Part shown: positions 12,301 to 25,000 of the stretch, one piece after another | Numbering within the stretch: the first letter of the stretch is position 1 | How the letters are laid out: each line of letters starts with the position of its first letter | Source of the DNA: Ylistrum balloti | Lineage: Eukaryota | DNA length: 64,000 bases | NCBI RefSeq assembly: GCF_031769215.1 | Contig: NW_026781987.1 | Coordinates: 62,001-126,000 of the forward strand | Reading direction: 5' to 3' | Translations under genes and position numbers: made by a program | Notes under the pieces: model-generated | Told to the model about the DNA's origin: nothing | Seen by the model: the letters and a program-made list of their open reading frames with translations, nothing else | The model's database searches: none

Positions 12301-15300
12301 CTGATGGTTCAACTTTGTTTCTATGAATGGAGATATTATGCATGGAAGATTGACCCTATCTTCATCTGTTGTTTACCCGATACATGTTTCATAGCATGGC
12401 TTGACAGAAATGAATAAGTAATGAATTAAAAATTTATTATTTAAGTAGTTATAAGTATGAATATAAAACAAAATATATATTGTGAAACGCATGGATAAGC
12501 ACCCACTCTCATACACATAACTCAGTGAAATCGATACCTAAGATAATACAAACTTGGTACTCAGATATACATCCTTAAGAGTAGCAAGTTTCATCAGCAA
12601 TACTTTAAAATAAAATTCAACAAATCAAAGACAAATTTGATGATTTCTCATGTTATGTTCTTTTCAGCCATTAAGGACAAATTTGATGATTGGAGGGAGT
12701 TCTTAGTCAAGTCCCTAACAGGGGCCAGAACAGCCCCTTCTTATCTTCTTGATAAGGTATGTAAATGTACCATGGTATGGTAACATGGATCTCAGCAGAT
12801 ACTCGTCTTCATTACATTTGTACTCCTAGCTATGTCATTCTAACTGTCAATCAGTATGTTCACTACAGAGGTCTTTTTTCTTCTTCTTTTTTTTTAAATC
12901 AAAATACTGGGGAAGAAGTGATTACTTGTGGCAAGAATATTTCTATATATAAACTTTATCAGATTGTTGTTTTCCTGAAATTTGTTTAAATTACCACATA
13001 TAACTAAATGAAAATGTGTTTAATCAATATGAAAAAAAGAATGAAGAAGTAGAATGTTATTTTACAGATTATAGATTATAGATTTACTGGACATGACAGC
13101 CTCCAGTATCGATAGCCGGAAATTCATATTGATGAATCTGATGATATTATCTTTATTCCTCGGTTCATTAATGTTTAAGTGAGTTTCTGACAAGCTGCAT
13201 TTATTATATCATAAATGAACTGGTGAGCCAGGTATACATTGTAATGTAATCACCAGATACACATTGTGCTTGGGATAGAATGTCGTCACTAAATACACAT
13301 TGTACTTGGTATCACCAGAAACACATTGTACTTGGTATCACCAGATACACATTGTACTTGGTATCACCAGATACACATTGTACTTGGTATCACCAGATAC
13401 ACATTGTACTTGGTATCACCAGATACACATTGTACTTTGTATCACCAGATACACATTGTACTTGGTATCACCATATACACATTGTACTTGGTATCACCAG
13501 ATACACATTGTACTTGGTATCACCAGATACACATTGTACTTGGTATCACCAGATACACATTGTACTTGGTATCACTAGATACACATTGTACTTGGTATCA
13601 CCAGATACACATTGTACTTGGTATCACCAGATACACATTGTACTTGGTATCACCAGATACACATTGTACTTGGTATCACCAGATACACATTGTACTTGGT
13701 ATCACCAGATACACATTGTACTTTGTATCACCAGATACACATTGTACTTGGTATCACCATATACACATTGTACTTGGTATCACCAGATACACATTGTACT
13801 TGGTATCACCAGATACACATTGTACTTGGTATCACCAGATACACATTGTACTTGGTATCACTAGATACACATTGTACTTGGTATCACCAGATACACATTG
13901 TACTTGGTATAGAATGTCATCACTAGATACACATTGTACTTGGTATAGAACGTAATGGTATTTGATAAATTTTTGTCCATTTTATGTTTCAGACCACAGG
14001 CATCACCCCCATTGACCAACTAAAACAGGGCATGAGGCTAGAACTGCAGCATCCTATCAACCCCATGGAGATATGGCTTGTCAAAATTATAGAAAATGTT
14101 GGTGGTCGACTGTATCTTAGGTTTGAAGGAGCTGATACTGCAGCTAATGACTTCTGGTTGTTTTATCTAAACCACAGACTACACCCCATTGGCTGGGCCA
14201 AGTCAAATGCATATAGATACAATCCACCTAAAGGTAGACAACTCAATGTCAAGAAGGTTCTAAACATTCATTCTGAACATGGTTGGATTTTTATTTTTGT
14301 TTAGTTTATAATTTTATTTTGTTATGTTCATGAAATGTAGAGCTTCTGATTGTATAATTGAACCAAATTATACCATTTGCAGTATTGTGTATTTACAGTA
14401 ATTTCAAAGAACTGAGAGATCTTGGATACATTATAGTTACCACTGTGACTTCACAAGTTTGAATGAAAAACATGATTAAAAAGAAATTCAAAATGGTTCT
14501 TGTTCTTCACCTTCCCTGTAACTCAAGGGGATGGGCTATTTCCACTGCACTGTTCACCAGTGATATATTCATGTTTCCTGTCCTTTTATCAGAACTCTTT
14601 AGTGAGCACTCCGAGCAAGAATGGATGCAGATTCTAGAAAAAGCCTTACAGGAATCAGAGAATATGATACTACCATTGGCCATATTTAAGGTAAACAATT
14701 ACAACAACTACACTTGCAGATATGCATTATAAAATTACTTTGAATTCAGGTTCTTGCTGGTGACTTTTAAAGGTAAGGTTTATGATATGCGCAATCAGTA
14801 TTAGAATGTGTTCCAGTTGAAATTTGTTATACTAGGAAAAGAATGAAATTGGCTCTCAATATCCACTTATTATAATTGATTATTGACATATTCAACTCGG
14901 TCATTATAATAATTATAACCTGTGACTGTTTTTGAAGTTATGGATTTCTATTAATCAGTGTCTTCTCAGTGAAAGTTTATTGTATCTAGAATAAAAGCGC
15001 CCAAAATTTACTTACATGTTGTTCTATTAACTGCACCTTACCACAATTTTTTTCTGATTTCAGGATCAGGTGGAAATCATCCATCATACTTTCCAGAAGG
15101 GTTGGAAGCTTGAAGCACTAAACCCCATTACACGTAACCAGATTTGTCCGGCTACAGTGGTAGACATCTTGGACAAGAAGTACTTTCTGGTGGAACTAGA
15201 TGACCTACAGTCTGCTGATCCACATTTCCGTATCCGATTCTCTTGCTACTCTGATTCTAAGTGCATCTTCCCCGTTAAATGGTGTCACTACAAGGGACTC

Positions 15301-18300
15301 AAGCTAACTGCTCCTAAAGGTATAGGTCCTCTCACTGATCAGATAGAACAGAATCATTTTATATATGTTTAAATTTGTGCCAATTTCCTTTTTGTGGTTT
15401 ATCAGTTTTAAATATCATGATTTTTGGATTTGTGTTCATTAGATATACAATGGACTGGTATTTCAATTCATTTACTTTTTTTTTTTTTTTTTTAATTTTT
15501 ATTTTCTTTTTCGTATGGTCATATCATCTTTGTTTAAAATCTGGGTTCAAAATCTTGATTATTTTTGATCCTGTGAAAAGTAGTAATGTTGATTGTGTCT
15601 TAAATTTTTTAACTAGTTAATATATTAGAATAAATCAGCTTACATTCTTATTGCAGGCTGGCCTAAGGTGGATTTTAACTGGACAGAGTATCTTGAATAC
15701 ACTCGTGGAAAGGCAGCACCAGAATCCTGTTTTAATCTAGTAAATCTTTTCTGAATTTCCGTTCTTCATTTTCTTCAAGTTAGAGTAGAATAGAAATACT
15801 TCACACAATATCAGAAACAATTTATTTCTGTTCATTTTCTTCCCAATAAATTTGATGATAATTATATGCAAATAGGATAGAATCTTTCAGAATCTCATTG
15901 CCTGTCATATTGTAAAAACAGGAAAGAAAAGCAGATAAACTTACGACAAAAAATTTATCATGATGTTTGATTTTCATTTGAGAAAGTTCTGATAACACTT
16001 ACTATACTTCTCAGGACAAACCAGATCATCAGTTTGAGCGTGGGATGAAGTTGGAAGCTGTCAATCCTGAAAATCCAAATTTAATATGTGCTGCAACAAT
16101 CACAAAGATAGTGGAGCCACTGGTTTGGATTCATCTGGACAATAGTGCACGTGTTGTGGCAAGTCATATCGAGCATGTAGATTCACACAACCTGTTTCCA
16201 GTCGGCTGGTGTGAGAGCAATGGCTACCAACTGAAGCCGCCTAGGAAAACAGGACTGAAAGGACGTCCACAGAAGCGTGTGGCTGTGGTTCCCCCAGGGT
16301 ATATAAGCTTTTGCATTATTTTACTATAGTCAAGGTGTTTGTACACCATGCTAATATCTAAAGATAAATATCTTATTCATTTCAAATTCTGATCTCCTTG
16401 ATCAGATTGTGTTGAAGATGTATGACTCTTTAATTTGAAGTTGGCCATTTTGTGTTGTAGATGTACGTCTCTTTAATTTGAAGTTGGTCATTTTTTATTG
16501 TAGATGTACATATTTGTTCAGTATGAGAATTAGCTATTATCTTAAAGAAAATTGACTTTATTTATTCACTCATTTTGATTTTACAGACTTCCAGATAATC
16601 TAACTGATGAAGCTTACACACAGTTAAGAAATGGTGATAGTGCAGGTAAGAACACAAGACTAGTTTTAAAGTTTGGAGGGATTAGTGCAGGTAACATCAT
16701 AACACTAGTTATAAAGTTTGCAGAGATTCCATACCTTATGCATGGTGTCCTTTTATTTGTATCTAAATAGATCAAAACAACTCTAAAAAATATCTTAAGT
16801 GATATAATCAATTACTGTTCCTGAAATGACATCATAAAGTTGGCTGTTTTTTGACAGGGAATGCTTGGTGTCCAAAGATCTACTACAACCATCAGTGTTT
16901 CTCTGGCCCCTACCTTAGCAAAGGTCGCATAGCCCTGCTCCCCAAGTGTGTTGGCCCAGGCCCCATCTCCCTGGTGATGAAGGAGGTGCTCTCCATGCTG
17001 ATCAATGTTGCTTACAAATCTTGTCGTGTCCTGAGGGAGCTCCAGGTTGAGGGTAAAATCAATCCCAACATGATGCAGCAATCACTCAAAGCCAAGTGAG
17101 TAGCAAAAATCCAATATCAATCCATATTCAAATATAACCTCATATATATTCCTTCTACTTTTAACCCCAGTCTGACTTTTTATAAAAAACTGCACAGAGA
17201 AATGACAAGTGATAGCTTGTAAACAATTTTCTGCCTAACTTGGTCATGAGAATGGATATATATATATACCAAATGTTTTTGTAGAAACATTTGTTAGTCT
17301 GAATTCTACTTTCAAATTAAAGAGTTATTACACTAAATGGTGTGAAAAAACAGATAACCTACAACTACATTTATATACCTATATTCTGCTAGGTATAAAG
17401 GAAAGAGTTACCGTGCTATGGTGGAGATCTGTAGGACCACAGATCAACTAGAAGAATTCTGTCGGTCTGTCTGTATCAAGCTGGAATGTTGTCCAAACCT
17501 CATCAGTCCAAATTTTGTCAATGGCAGCTGTCCTGAATCATGTGCACAACTCACAAAGACCAAATACAGTAAGTGATCAACAGATTGTGTCAGATGATCA
17601 TCAGGTTGTATCAGATGATCATCAGGTTGTATCAGATGATCAACAGGTTGTGATCAACAGGTTGTATCAGATGATCAACAGGTTGTATCAGATGATCATC
17701 AGGTTGTATCAGATGATCATCAGGTTGTATCAGTTGATCAACAGGTTGTATCAGATGATCAACAGGTTGTATCAGATGATCATCAGGTTGTATCAGATGA
17801 TCATCAGGTTGTATCAGTTGATCAACAGGTTGTATCAGATGATCAACAAGTTGTATCAGATGATCAACAGGTTGTATCAGATGATCAACAAGTTGTATCA
17901 GATGATCAACAGGTTGTATCAGATGATCAACAAGTTGTATCAGATGATCAACAGGTTGTATCAGATGATCATCAGGTTGTATCAGTTGATCAACAAGTTG
18001 ATTCAGATGATCATCAGGTTGTATCAGATGATCATCAGGTTGTATCAGTTGATCAACAGGTTGATTCAGATGATCAGGTTGTATCAGTTGATCATCAGAT
18101 TGTATCAGATGATCATCAGGTTGTATCAAATGATCAAACTGTTTAGTTGGATGCTGCTTCACATAGAATATATTCAAGGGTTTATAATTCGTTTTTTAAG
18201 GACTTTCTTGATACTGGATTGTGATGATGAGACCAAAAATATTAAGCAGTAAACACTATCAGTGTTATCAATCCTTGCATTATCTTGATGGACATAAAAA

Positions 18301-21049
18301 ATGGCTTAAGACACTTCAATAGCCTTTCTCCGTGGGCTGAACAGCAAATGCATTAAGATGGACACTGGCTGCGAAAAAGAATTAACTTGAAATTAATTCT
18401 AGAATTACTGACATCAGCATACAACCAAAGCAGGATTTCAATACTGTATTGACAGTAAAAAGTCACCTTTGGTAAGGCATAGCTGAGAGCTTTGGAAAGT
18501 TATAGTAGATATTATTAGAGGTCCTAGATTGCTCTACAAGTGTATATACAAACTAAGCTTACAAGTATGTGATAAAATTGATTTTTTTTGTAGCCTACTA
18601 TTATGGAAAGAAGAAGAAAAAGTTAGGCCGACCACCGGGTGGTCACACAAACTTGGAGCATGGTCCCAAAAAGCCCGGAAAACGTGGCAGACGAAGAAAG
18701 ATAAGGTTGTTGCATTTGAATGAGGCTCCATTAGGTATACTGCCAGATTTAGAGAAAGAGGAAGAGAATGGTGATGAGGACAAAGAGAGTGTAGCTAGTG
18801 ATACACATACTGTAGACAGCAGTGGTACAAATGACTCTACTGAGAAAATAATCAAACGCAAATCAGGAAAGTACAATAACAAAAGGAAATATACTCATCA
18901 TCTTCCCCCGCCATCAGAGATTAAAACCAGAGGTGCTAAAATGCCAAAATACAGTTTTGAGCGAAGGACTCATAAGAAGATTCTCATCACTCCTGGGTCA
19001 TCACCAGTGAAATCCCTTAATCATGGAAAGGGCCAAGGCTCAAAGGTAAATCATCCTTTTTATGACATGATTACTACAATCAAAAATTGCATTTAGAGAT
19101 CATTCTAGTCTGAAAGAGATACATAAAATGTTGCTGTGAACGAAAAACTTAAAACTGCTCTTGTTGGTATTAATTCCACAAATTTCTTTTAGACATGGTC
19201 ATTGTTAAAACTTGTTCTTTTTCCTCAATCAGTTGATACATTCCCACAGCAAAGTGGTTAAGGAGGAAAAGAAGGAGCCTAAGGAAGTCCTACATTTAGA
19301 GTCTAACCCACTGAATTGGTCTGTGTCAGAAGTGGTTCGATTCATCAAAACCACCGACTGTGCTCATCTATGTCGACTTTTCAAAGATCAGGTATATTTG
19401 TTTTAGATTCCGGGTATGAATTCATGTAATTCTGTCATCATGTATCGAGATGCGGGTGCCCTATAGTAATCAGCTTGTCCGTCTGTCAGTTTTTTGGTTC
19501 CTGTACAGTATCTGAAATACCAATGGCACTCATACTTAATGCAAATCCTCCTTGAAGAAAGTGCTTGCATGGGGTATGTAGCTTTTCATCTTCCAAGGTT
19601 AAAGGTCAAGGTCACTGTTGCTATTCAGGGAAATAGAAAACTTTATCCAGTGTTACTTCAAAAGAAATGCTGGCTTGATTTAGCTTAACATGTCCAGAGG
19701 TCAGAGGTAAAGGTCACTTGCTATAAATAGAAAATCATTTAATTTCATGTTGTTTTTTTTTTTCAATTTCCTTGCAATTAATTGGGTTTCGTTCGGCCGA
19801 TCCAGCTCAAACTTTATACTGTGCTTCCTTATTGAAAGTGCTTGCTTGGGATTGCTTTTTAGCTTCAAAGGTCAAAGTCACTTTTAGTATATAGAAAATC
19901 AGATTTCTGTGTGAAAAATAGAAGTTTGCTTTTGCTAATCTAACCCAAATTTCATACAATACTTTCTTACTCTTATTGCTTTACAGTTCTGAAGTCCACT
20001 GTTACTATAAATAGAAAAATCAGTTTCCCTATGAAAACTCAAAATTGCTTTGGCCAATCATAGTCAAACATCATACGGTGCTTCCGGATTGCTTTTCAGC
20101 TTTGAAGGTCAAAAGTCTTGGTCACTTACACCATAAATAGGAAAATCAGTTTCACGGCGATAAATCAAGTTTTCTTTTGCCAAAAAATCCAAAAATCATA
20201 CTTTTCCATCTGGGATGTGTGCATCTAAGGGTGGTTGGTGGAGGGGGGATTTCCTGCCACGTAGCAGAGCCGTTGCTGGTTTGACACTGTCCAAGTTGTG
20301 TGCAATGTTTTACCTGTCACCTTGTAATTGTGATGTTTTACCTGTCACCTTGTTATTATATGTGATGTTTTACCTGTCACCTTGTAATTGTGTGTGATGT
20401 TTCACCTGTCACCTTGTTATTATATGTGATGTTTAACCTGTCACCTTGTAATTGTGTGTGATGTTTTACCTGTCACCTTGTTATTGTGTGTGATGTTTTA
20501 CCTGTCACCTTGTAATTGTGTGTGATGTTTTACCTGTCACCTTGTAATTGTGTGTGATATTTTACCTGTCATCTTGTTATTGTGTTTGATACTTTACCTG
20601 TCACCTTGTTATTGTGTGTGATACTTTACCTGTCACCTTGTAATTGTGTGTGATGTTTTACCTGTCACCTTGTAATTGTGTGTGATGTTTTACCTGTCAC
20701 CTTGTAATTGTGTGTGATGTTTTACCTGTCACCTTGTAATTGTGTGTGATGTTTTACCTGTCACCTTGTAATTGTGAGTGATGTTTTACCTGTCACCTTG
20801 TAATTGTGTGTGATGTTTTACCTGTCACCTTGTAATTGTGTGTGATGTTTTACCTGTCATCTGTTAATGTATAATTTTGTTATTAACTGACAATTTTCAC
20901 ATATACAGGAGATTGATGGCCAAGCACTGCTGCTACTGACTCTTCCAACAGTACAGGAACATTTGGAGCTCAAACTAGGACCTGCCATTAAACTTTGCCA
21001 TCAGATTGAAAAAGTCAAGATTGCTTTCTATGACCAGTATGCTAAGTGA
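9352..21049 (+). CDS. SFMBT: Scm-like with four MBT domains protein (SFMBT1/2 orthologue-type): N-terminal low-complexity region, 4 MBT repeats, SLED/DUF3588, basic region, SAM domain; 1182 aa
   Basis: 15 phase-consistent GT-AG coding exons: 9352-10285, 10551-10648, 10918-11158, 12668-12756, 13993-14233, 14593-14690, 15064-15319, 15657-15739, 16015-16298, 16587-16645, 16858-17095, 17393-17568, 18594-19045, 19233-19391, 20909-21049 (TGA); total 3549 nt. MBT motifs include [17 protein letters not shown]...YWVASV...LRYDGY...DFWCD...HPIGWC. SLED: [24 protein letters not shown]: [19 protein letters not shown]...[33 protein letters not shown]. Upstream acceptor at 9194 implies at least one 5' UTR exon. 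Confidence 0.95.
13285..13945. repeat. 26-bp minisatellite (GATACACATTGTACTTGGTATCACCA)n, ~25 copies, SFMBT intron 4
   Basis: Directly visible near-perfect tandem array; source of the HCTWYHQ-repeat ORFs. Confidence 0.97.
16408..16510. repeat. ~43-bp tandem duplication (~2.4 copies), SFMBT intron 9
   Basis: TTGTGTTG(T/A)AGATGTA...CTCTTTAATTTGAAGTTGG(C/T)CATT is repeated. Confidence 0.8.
17575..18138. repeat. 21-bp minisatellite (GATCAACAGGTTGTATCAGAT)n beginning just after the SFMBT exon-12 donor
   Basis: Visible tandem array with CAA/CAT and GAT/GTT variants; produces the 245-aa and 181-aa repeat ORFs on both strands. Confidence 0.97.
19401..20282 (+). mobile_element. Degenerate non-autonomous Helentron/DINE-1-like (HINE) element with internal ~120-bp degenerate repeats, SFMBT last intron
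   Basis: 5' ATAGTAATCAGCTTGTCCGTCTGTC microsatellite-like head; repeated AAGGTCAA(G/A)GTCAC...ATAAATAGAAAATC units; G-rich 3' end finishing GCTGGTT. Family assigned from recalled bivalve repeat architecture, not from a search. Confidence 0.55.
20296..20860. repeat. 32-bp minisatellite (GATGTTTTACCTGTCACCTTGTAATTGTGTGT)n, ~17 copies
   Basis: Visible tandem array directly after the HINE-like element, ending ~48 nt before the final SFMBT exon. Confidence 0.97.
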
Positions 21050-21824
21050 TCTCTCGTTGGATATTCGGCTGATTTTCATTGACATGACTGGCTCAAGGCA
21101 TGCTAATTAACATTTTGATTATTTTATGTGATGTGTACTTAGATGGTCACTCACAACGAAATATGATTACTGTTTCAAAGGGACTATGAAATATATTTTA
21201 TATTTTTTACCAGTATGCCAAAATCAAGTGTAAAGTAGCTTGCAACTTTGATTTCCTGAGGTCACTAACATGCAGGGATGACTTAAGAGTGTTCAATCAA
21301 GTTTGAGATTATTTTGTGTCATATGATGTCCAGATTCTGCTCATGTTCATTTATCTCTTCTCATAGGAATGCTGGATCATAAGTGTACTCCTAGTCTTTG
21401 ATCTACACGAATAGCTTTTTATAGTAAGGAATTGTGAATCACAGACTGTTGAGGCATCATTGCATACTCTAAATGAGACAGCTCTACAGTGTAGCCTGTG
21501 TCATTAATCATATACTCTAAATGAGACATCTCCTGTGACTCAAGTGATTGGTGATATATGCTGTATATTAAAAGAATATTTAGCAGGAGCTAGAAATCCT
21601 AATTTTCAGTCCCACTAGAATGAGATTTTGTTTAGTTATAAGTAGCAGTGTGTATATATATCAGGGAAATGAAACAAGATTATTATCAATTGCTCAATAG
21701 AGGTTTGAGTAATTGTCAGTAGTACACCAAGCCTAGCGGAGAGTGGTGGTAGTATATATGTGGCAGATTTTACAAACATTTTTATGAACCACCCATAATC
21801 ACTTCAGTATGGTATCATAGAGTT

Positions 21825-22085
21825 GGTTTGTTTGTGAGTTGGGTGATACACTTACAGTCATTTTGAGGCAGGGTCTCTTTGTAGTTTCACTGGACAACAT
21901 AGGAGAGACCCATTGCATGCCATCTAGAGCAAGTAGGGTGATGTGGTGTTGGATAGGCAAGTCCATTTCTCAGCTTTCTGAGGAACAAACAACCATAGGT
22001 AAGGAGTGACAAACCATGCACCTGGGATTTACACCTGAGGTTATGTAAGCACAATGCTCTACTGATGGAGTTATTGAAGCCAACT
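21825..22085 (-). mobile_element. Decayed tRNA-derived SINE (tentative)
   Basis: The + strand GGGATTTACACCTG...GCTCTACTGATGGAGTTATTGAAGC resembles the reverse complement of tRNA A/B boxes. GTTGGTTTGTTTG at the other end is the reverse of an (AAAC)n tail. Heavily diverged. Confidence 0.4.
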
Positions 22086-25000
22086 CAATTTATTCATCTC
22101 TTTAAGCAATTGAATATATAATTTACAAACAAAATGTTTTAAATATTGATTTATGTAAAGACAAAACTTATGTACTGTTTGAATGTTTCAATATGTAAAT
22201 TGCAATTATAACATGGGGTTAAAGTTATGAACGTAAGTTCTATATAAAACATTAGACAATTTGAATTGCTATGGTAACCAAGCAATTTGTGAGGATGTTC
22301 CATTTCATGAATCAGATCTTTGGATTTTATTTTTGTGAATACTATAATCAGGAATTCTTGTTACAGAACAAATTTCTATCTATTGATGTATGAACATGTG
22401 TAACATAAATACTGGTGAATTAAGAAATAGTACTAGTGGGGATTTTTAGAAGCAAACTGTTATGTTCCGATCACCAATATATATATACCTACCAGATATA
22501 AGGTTTCATCCTGTCTCAGTACTCATTTTTCCATCAACATCTTGTCTGCAGCATTCCAGGTGAAATATACACCAATGATTGGTGGTTGCTCTCTGTAAAG
22601 TTCTTCAGCTGAATTAGATTTCAAGGCTTGAAATATATCCCACTGTCACGGTCTTCAAAGTCTTAACATAAAAATCTCACCTGTAATCAACAAGAAAACT
22701 CTGAGTAGATTTAAATGAAACTGTATCCAGTCTTTCATTCCTTCTAGTTTTTAAATGGAACATGGTCACTATGATAGCTTATTTTTAGAAATTTTACATT
22801 TAATATCTTGCCTGAAGCTAAGGTAAAGAACATCAATGTTTACTAATGATTCTTGCTAAATATAAAGGTCATGTGCTGCAAAAGTAGGTCATTATTACTG
22901 ATTAAAGAAACATCATGAAAGCAGCCTGAACTGGCTGAATTGATGTCTTCTCAGATTTTCATGAAACTTTGCATAACTGTGTCTGGCATCTACATGATCT
23001 GTCTTGCTTTTCTTCATTGAGAAAATTTTGTTAGCAGAATGTAACAAGTACATTAGGTACAATTTCCAGTACTTTTGTTTACCTTGTGTGGTGAATAGAT
23101 ATTGGTCTGTAGGTCATGCATACCATGTGCTTGCCATAGTATGTGCAATATAATACTGTTAATTGGATGTTGCAAGTTTTCAGCATTAAGGACAATTGAT
23201 AAAATGAAATCATCGAATATATGTTCTTATTTTGTCTAGGATTTTCATCCTTTTCTATCAAATTTTGTTTCTTTTGTCTGAAGTGTGTTTTATATGATAG
23301 ATTTATTTCAGTGATTCTGTAAATATTCAGGTATGTGTTGTGCAAAACAATTGTGGATGCATGTTACGGAGCAGCAAAACAAATACTTTTTAAGTCAAGT
23401 TCTGACTTAAGTTTCATGAACGTTCATTATCTGTGTTCATGATTTGTTCTTACTCAGTTTTACTTTTTTCCTACAAGAAATTTCCTTTGTGAATTAAATC
23501 TTCGTTATCTTGTATCACTATTTAGCTTGTTTACCAATGAATTTTTCTTTTTTGTGTTTAAAATCGTTGAACAGAATACATTATACAAACATTTTGTTTG
23601 ACAGCATTTCAGAAGATCTCATCTTAATGTTTTTTATCATATATCATAATGAGCTGTCATGTATTAAGAATAAACCTGTTTGAAAAACATGATTTACTCA
23701 AAAATGCATGAAATATCCGGTGTATGTCGATTGCCTGAATTTTGTGTCCTAGTTATATAGGTTGAGAATTAGAATGTGTTAGGAATAAAAGTGAATCTAT
23801 TTGTAAGTCAAAGATTTAAAGTAAATTTAAATTACTCCAAGAGGATTTTGTGAGTGCTATCAAACTCTTTGCAGTGGACTGAGATTTGCCAAGTCTTACC
23901 TACATGTGTAATTGTAGTTGAACCATTACTCAGTTAAATGAAATGAAAGTGAAATGAAGTATGGTCCAATGTTGCAATTAGGATTTTGTAGCACTGACTT
24001 TGATTTTTATATTTAATGCGAAACAAAGATACCATGTATATAAATTATTCAGATTTCAGTAAATGATTTCCCAACCATTTTCAAATTTTAAGAAAATGTA
24101 AATTCTGAAAGCTTGTAATTGCATAATTTTTCAGTCAATATCAAGTTTAGGATGTATCAAAATATTAAGATACTAGATGCTAAGGTTTTGTGATGTAAAT
24201 AGGTTTTAAATCATGTGAATCATTTATATTCTAATTGAATGTGATTTTGATGTAAGATTGAGTTGTAATACATATTTGATCAATTCTGTGAACTGGTGTG
24301 CTGGATACGCTTTATATAATGCTGATACCCAGAGCTGATATAGGTATTGTTGTGAGTTGAAAATGTTATAAATGAGTAGATCTGTTCAAAGCGTGCCAAG
24401 ATTTTTTTCATTGTTTTGTTTTGTTAATTTATAGGCTGTTTTATATAGATATATATATATATGAGAATGGTGAAAATACATGTACATGTTCGTGCATGTG
24501 AACTGAATATTTATTCAGTAAAAATGTTAACACCTTCCATATATGAGGGAAATTGTTATAGAGGTGTGAAATTTGGAATGGTAGAGCTGTATTTCAATTC
24601 TGGGAAATTGTAGTTATGATTTGTATATACAGAATAGTTAAGAGTTTGGAAAAGGAGGACACTAGTGTAGATTGATAGATATGTTAGAGGTAAAACTGAA
24701 TATGTGAATTGTTCATTCATTATTTAGACTATAAACAGGAACTTTGTTAAGTGCTATCAGTTTCATCCCTTCAAGTCCATGGTGTATTTTTATATTTCAC
24801 AGAGTGGAATCATCATGCATGACTTGTTAATTTAATTTGTTTAATTTTCATTCATGGGAGAAATAAATTATAAAATTGGTGATAATTGATTTCTACTTGT
24901 TTAATTGAATGTAGTCTTTATTACAGTTAGCATAATCTCAAGTTTAAATGAATGATAAGATTGTGGATCTTGAAGAGTATTGTAAGCAGTACAACTGCTT

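Noticed and set aside
13280-13955. His/Cys/Trp-rich repeat proteins (HCTWYHQ...) suggestive of metal binding
   Set aside because: Translations of a 26-bp intronic minisatellite; the unit is not a multiple of 3 and the same peptides appear in all frames.
16015-16298. Loss of the methyl-lysine aromatic cage in MBT4 (EAVN, IHLD) as a novelty
   Set aside because: As I recall, human SFMBT1 MBT4 has the same EAVN and non-aromatic pattern, so this is a family trait.
17515-18252. 245-aa (+) and 181-aa (-) 7-residue-repeat ORFs
   Set aside because: Products of a 21-bp array inside SFMBT intron 12; read-through from exon 12 stops at once (AGT AAG TGA).
22000-22085. tRNA gene
   Set aside because: Only degenerate A/B-box-like remnants with no cloverleaf; better explained as a decayed SINE head.
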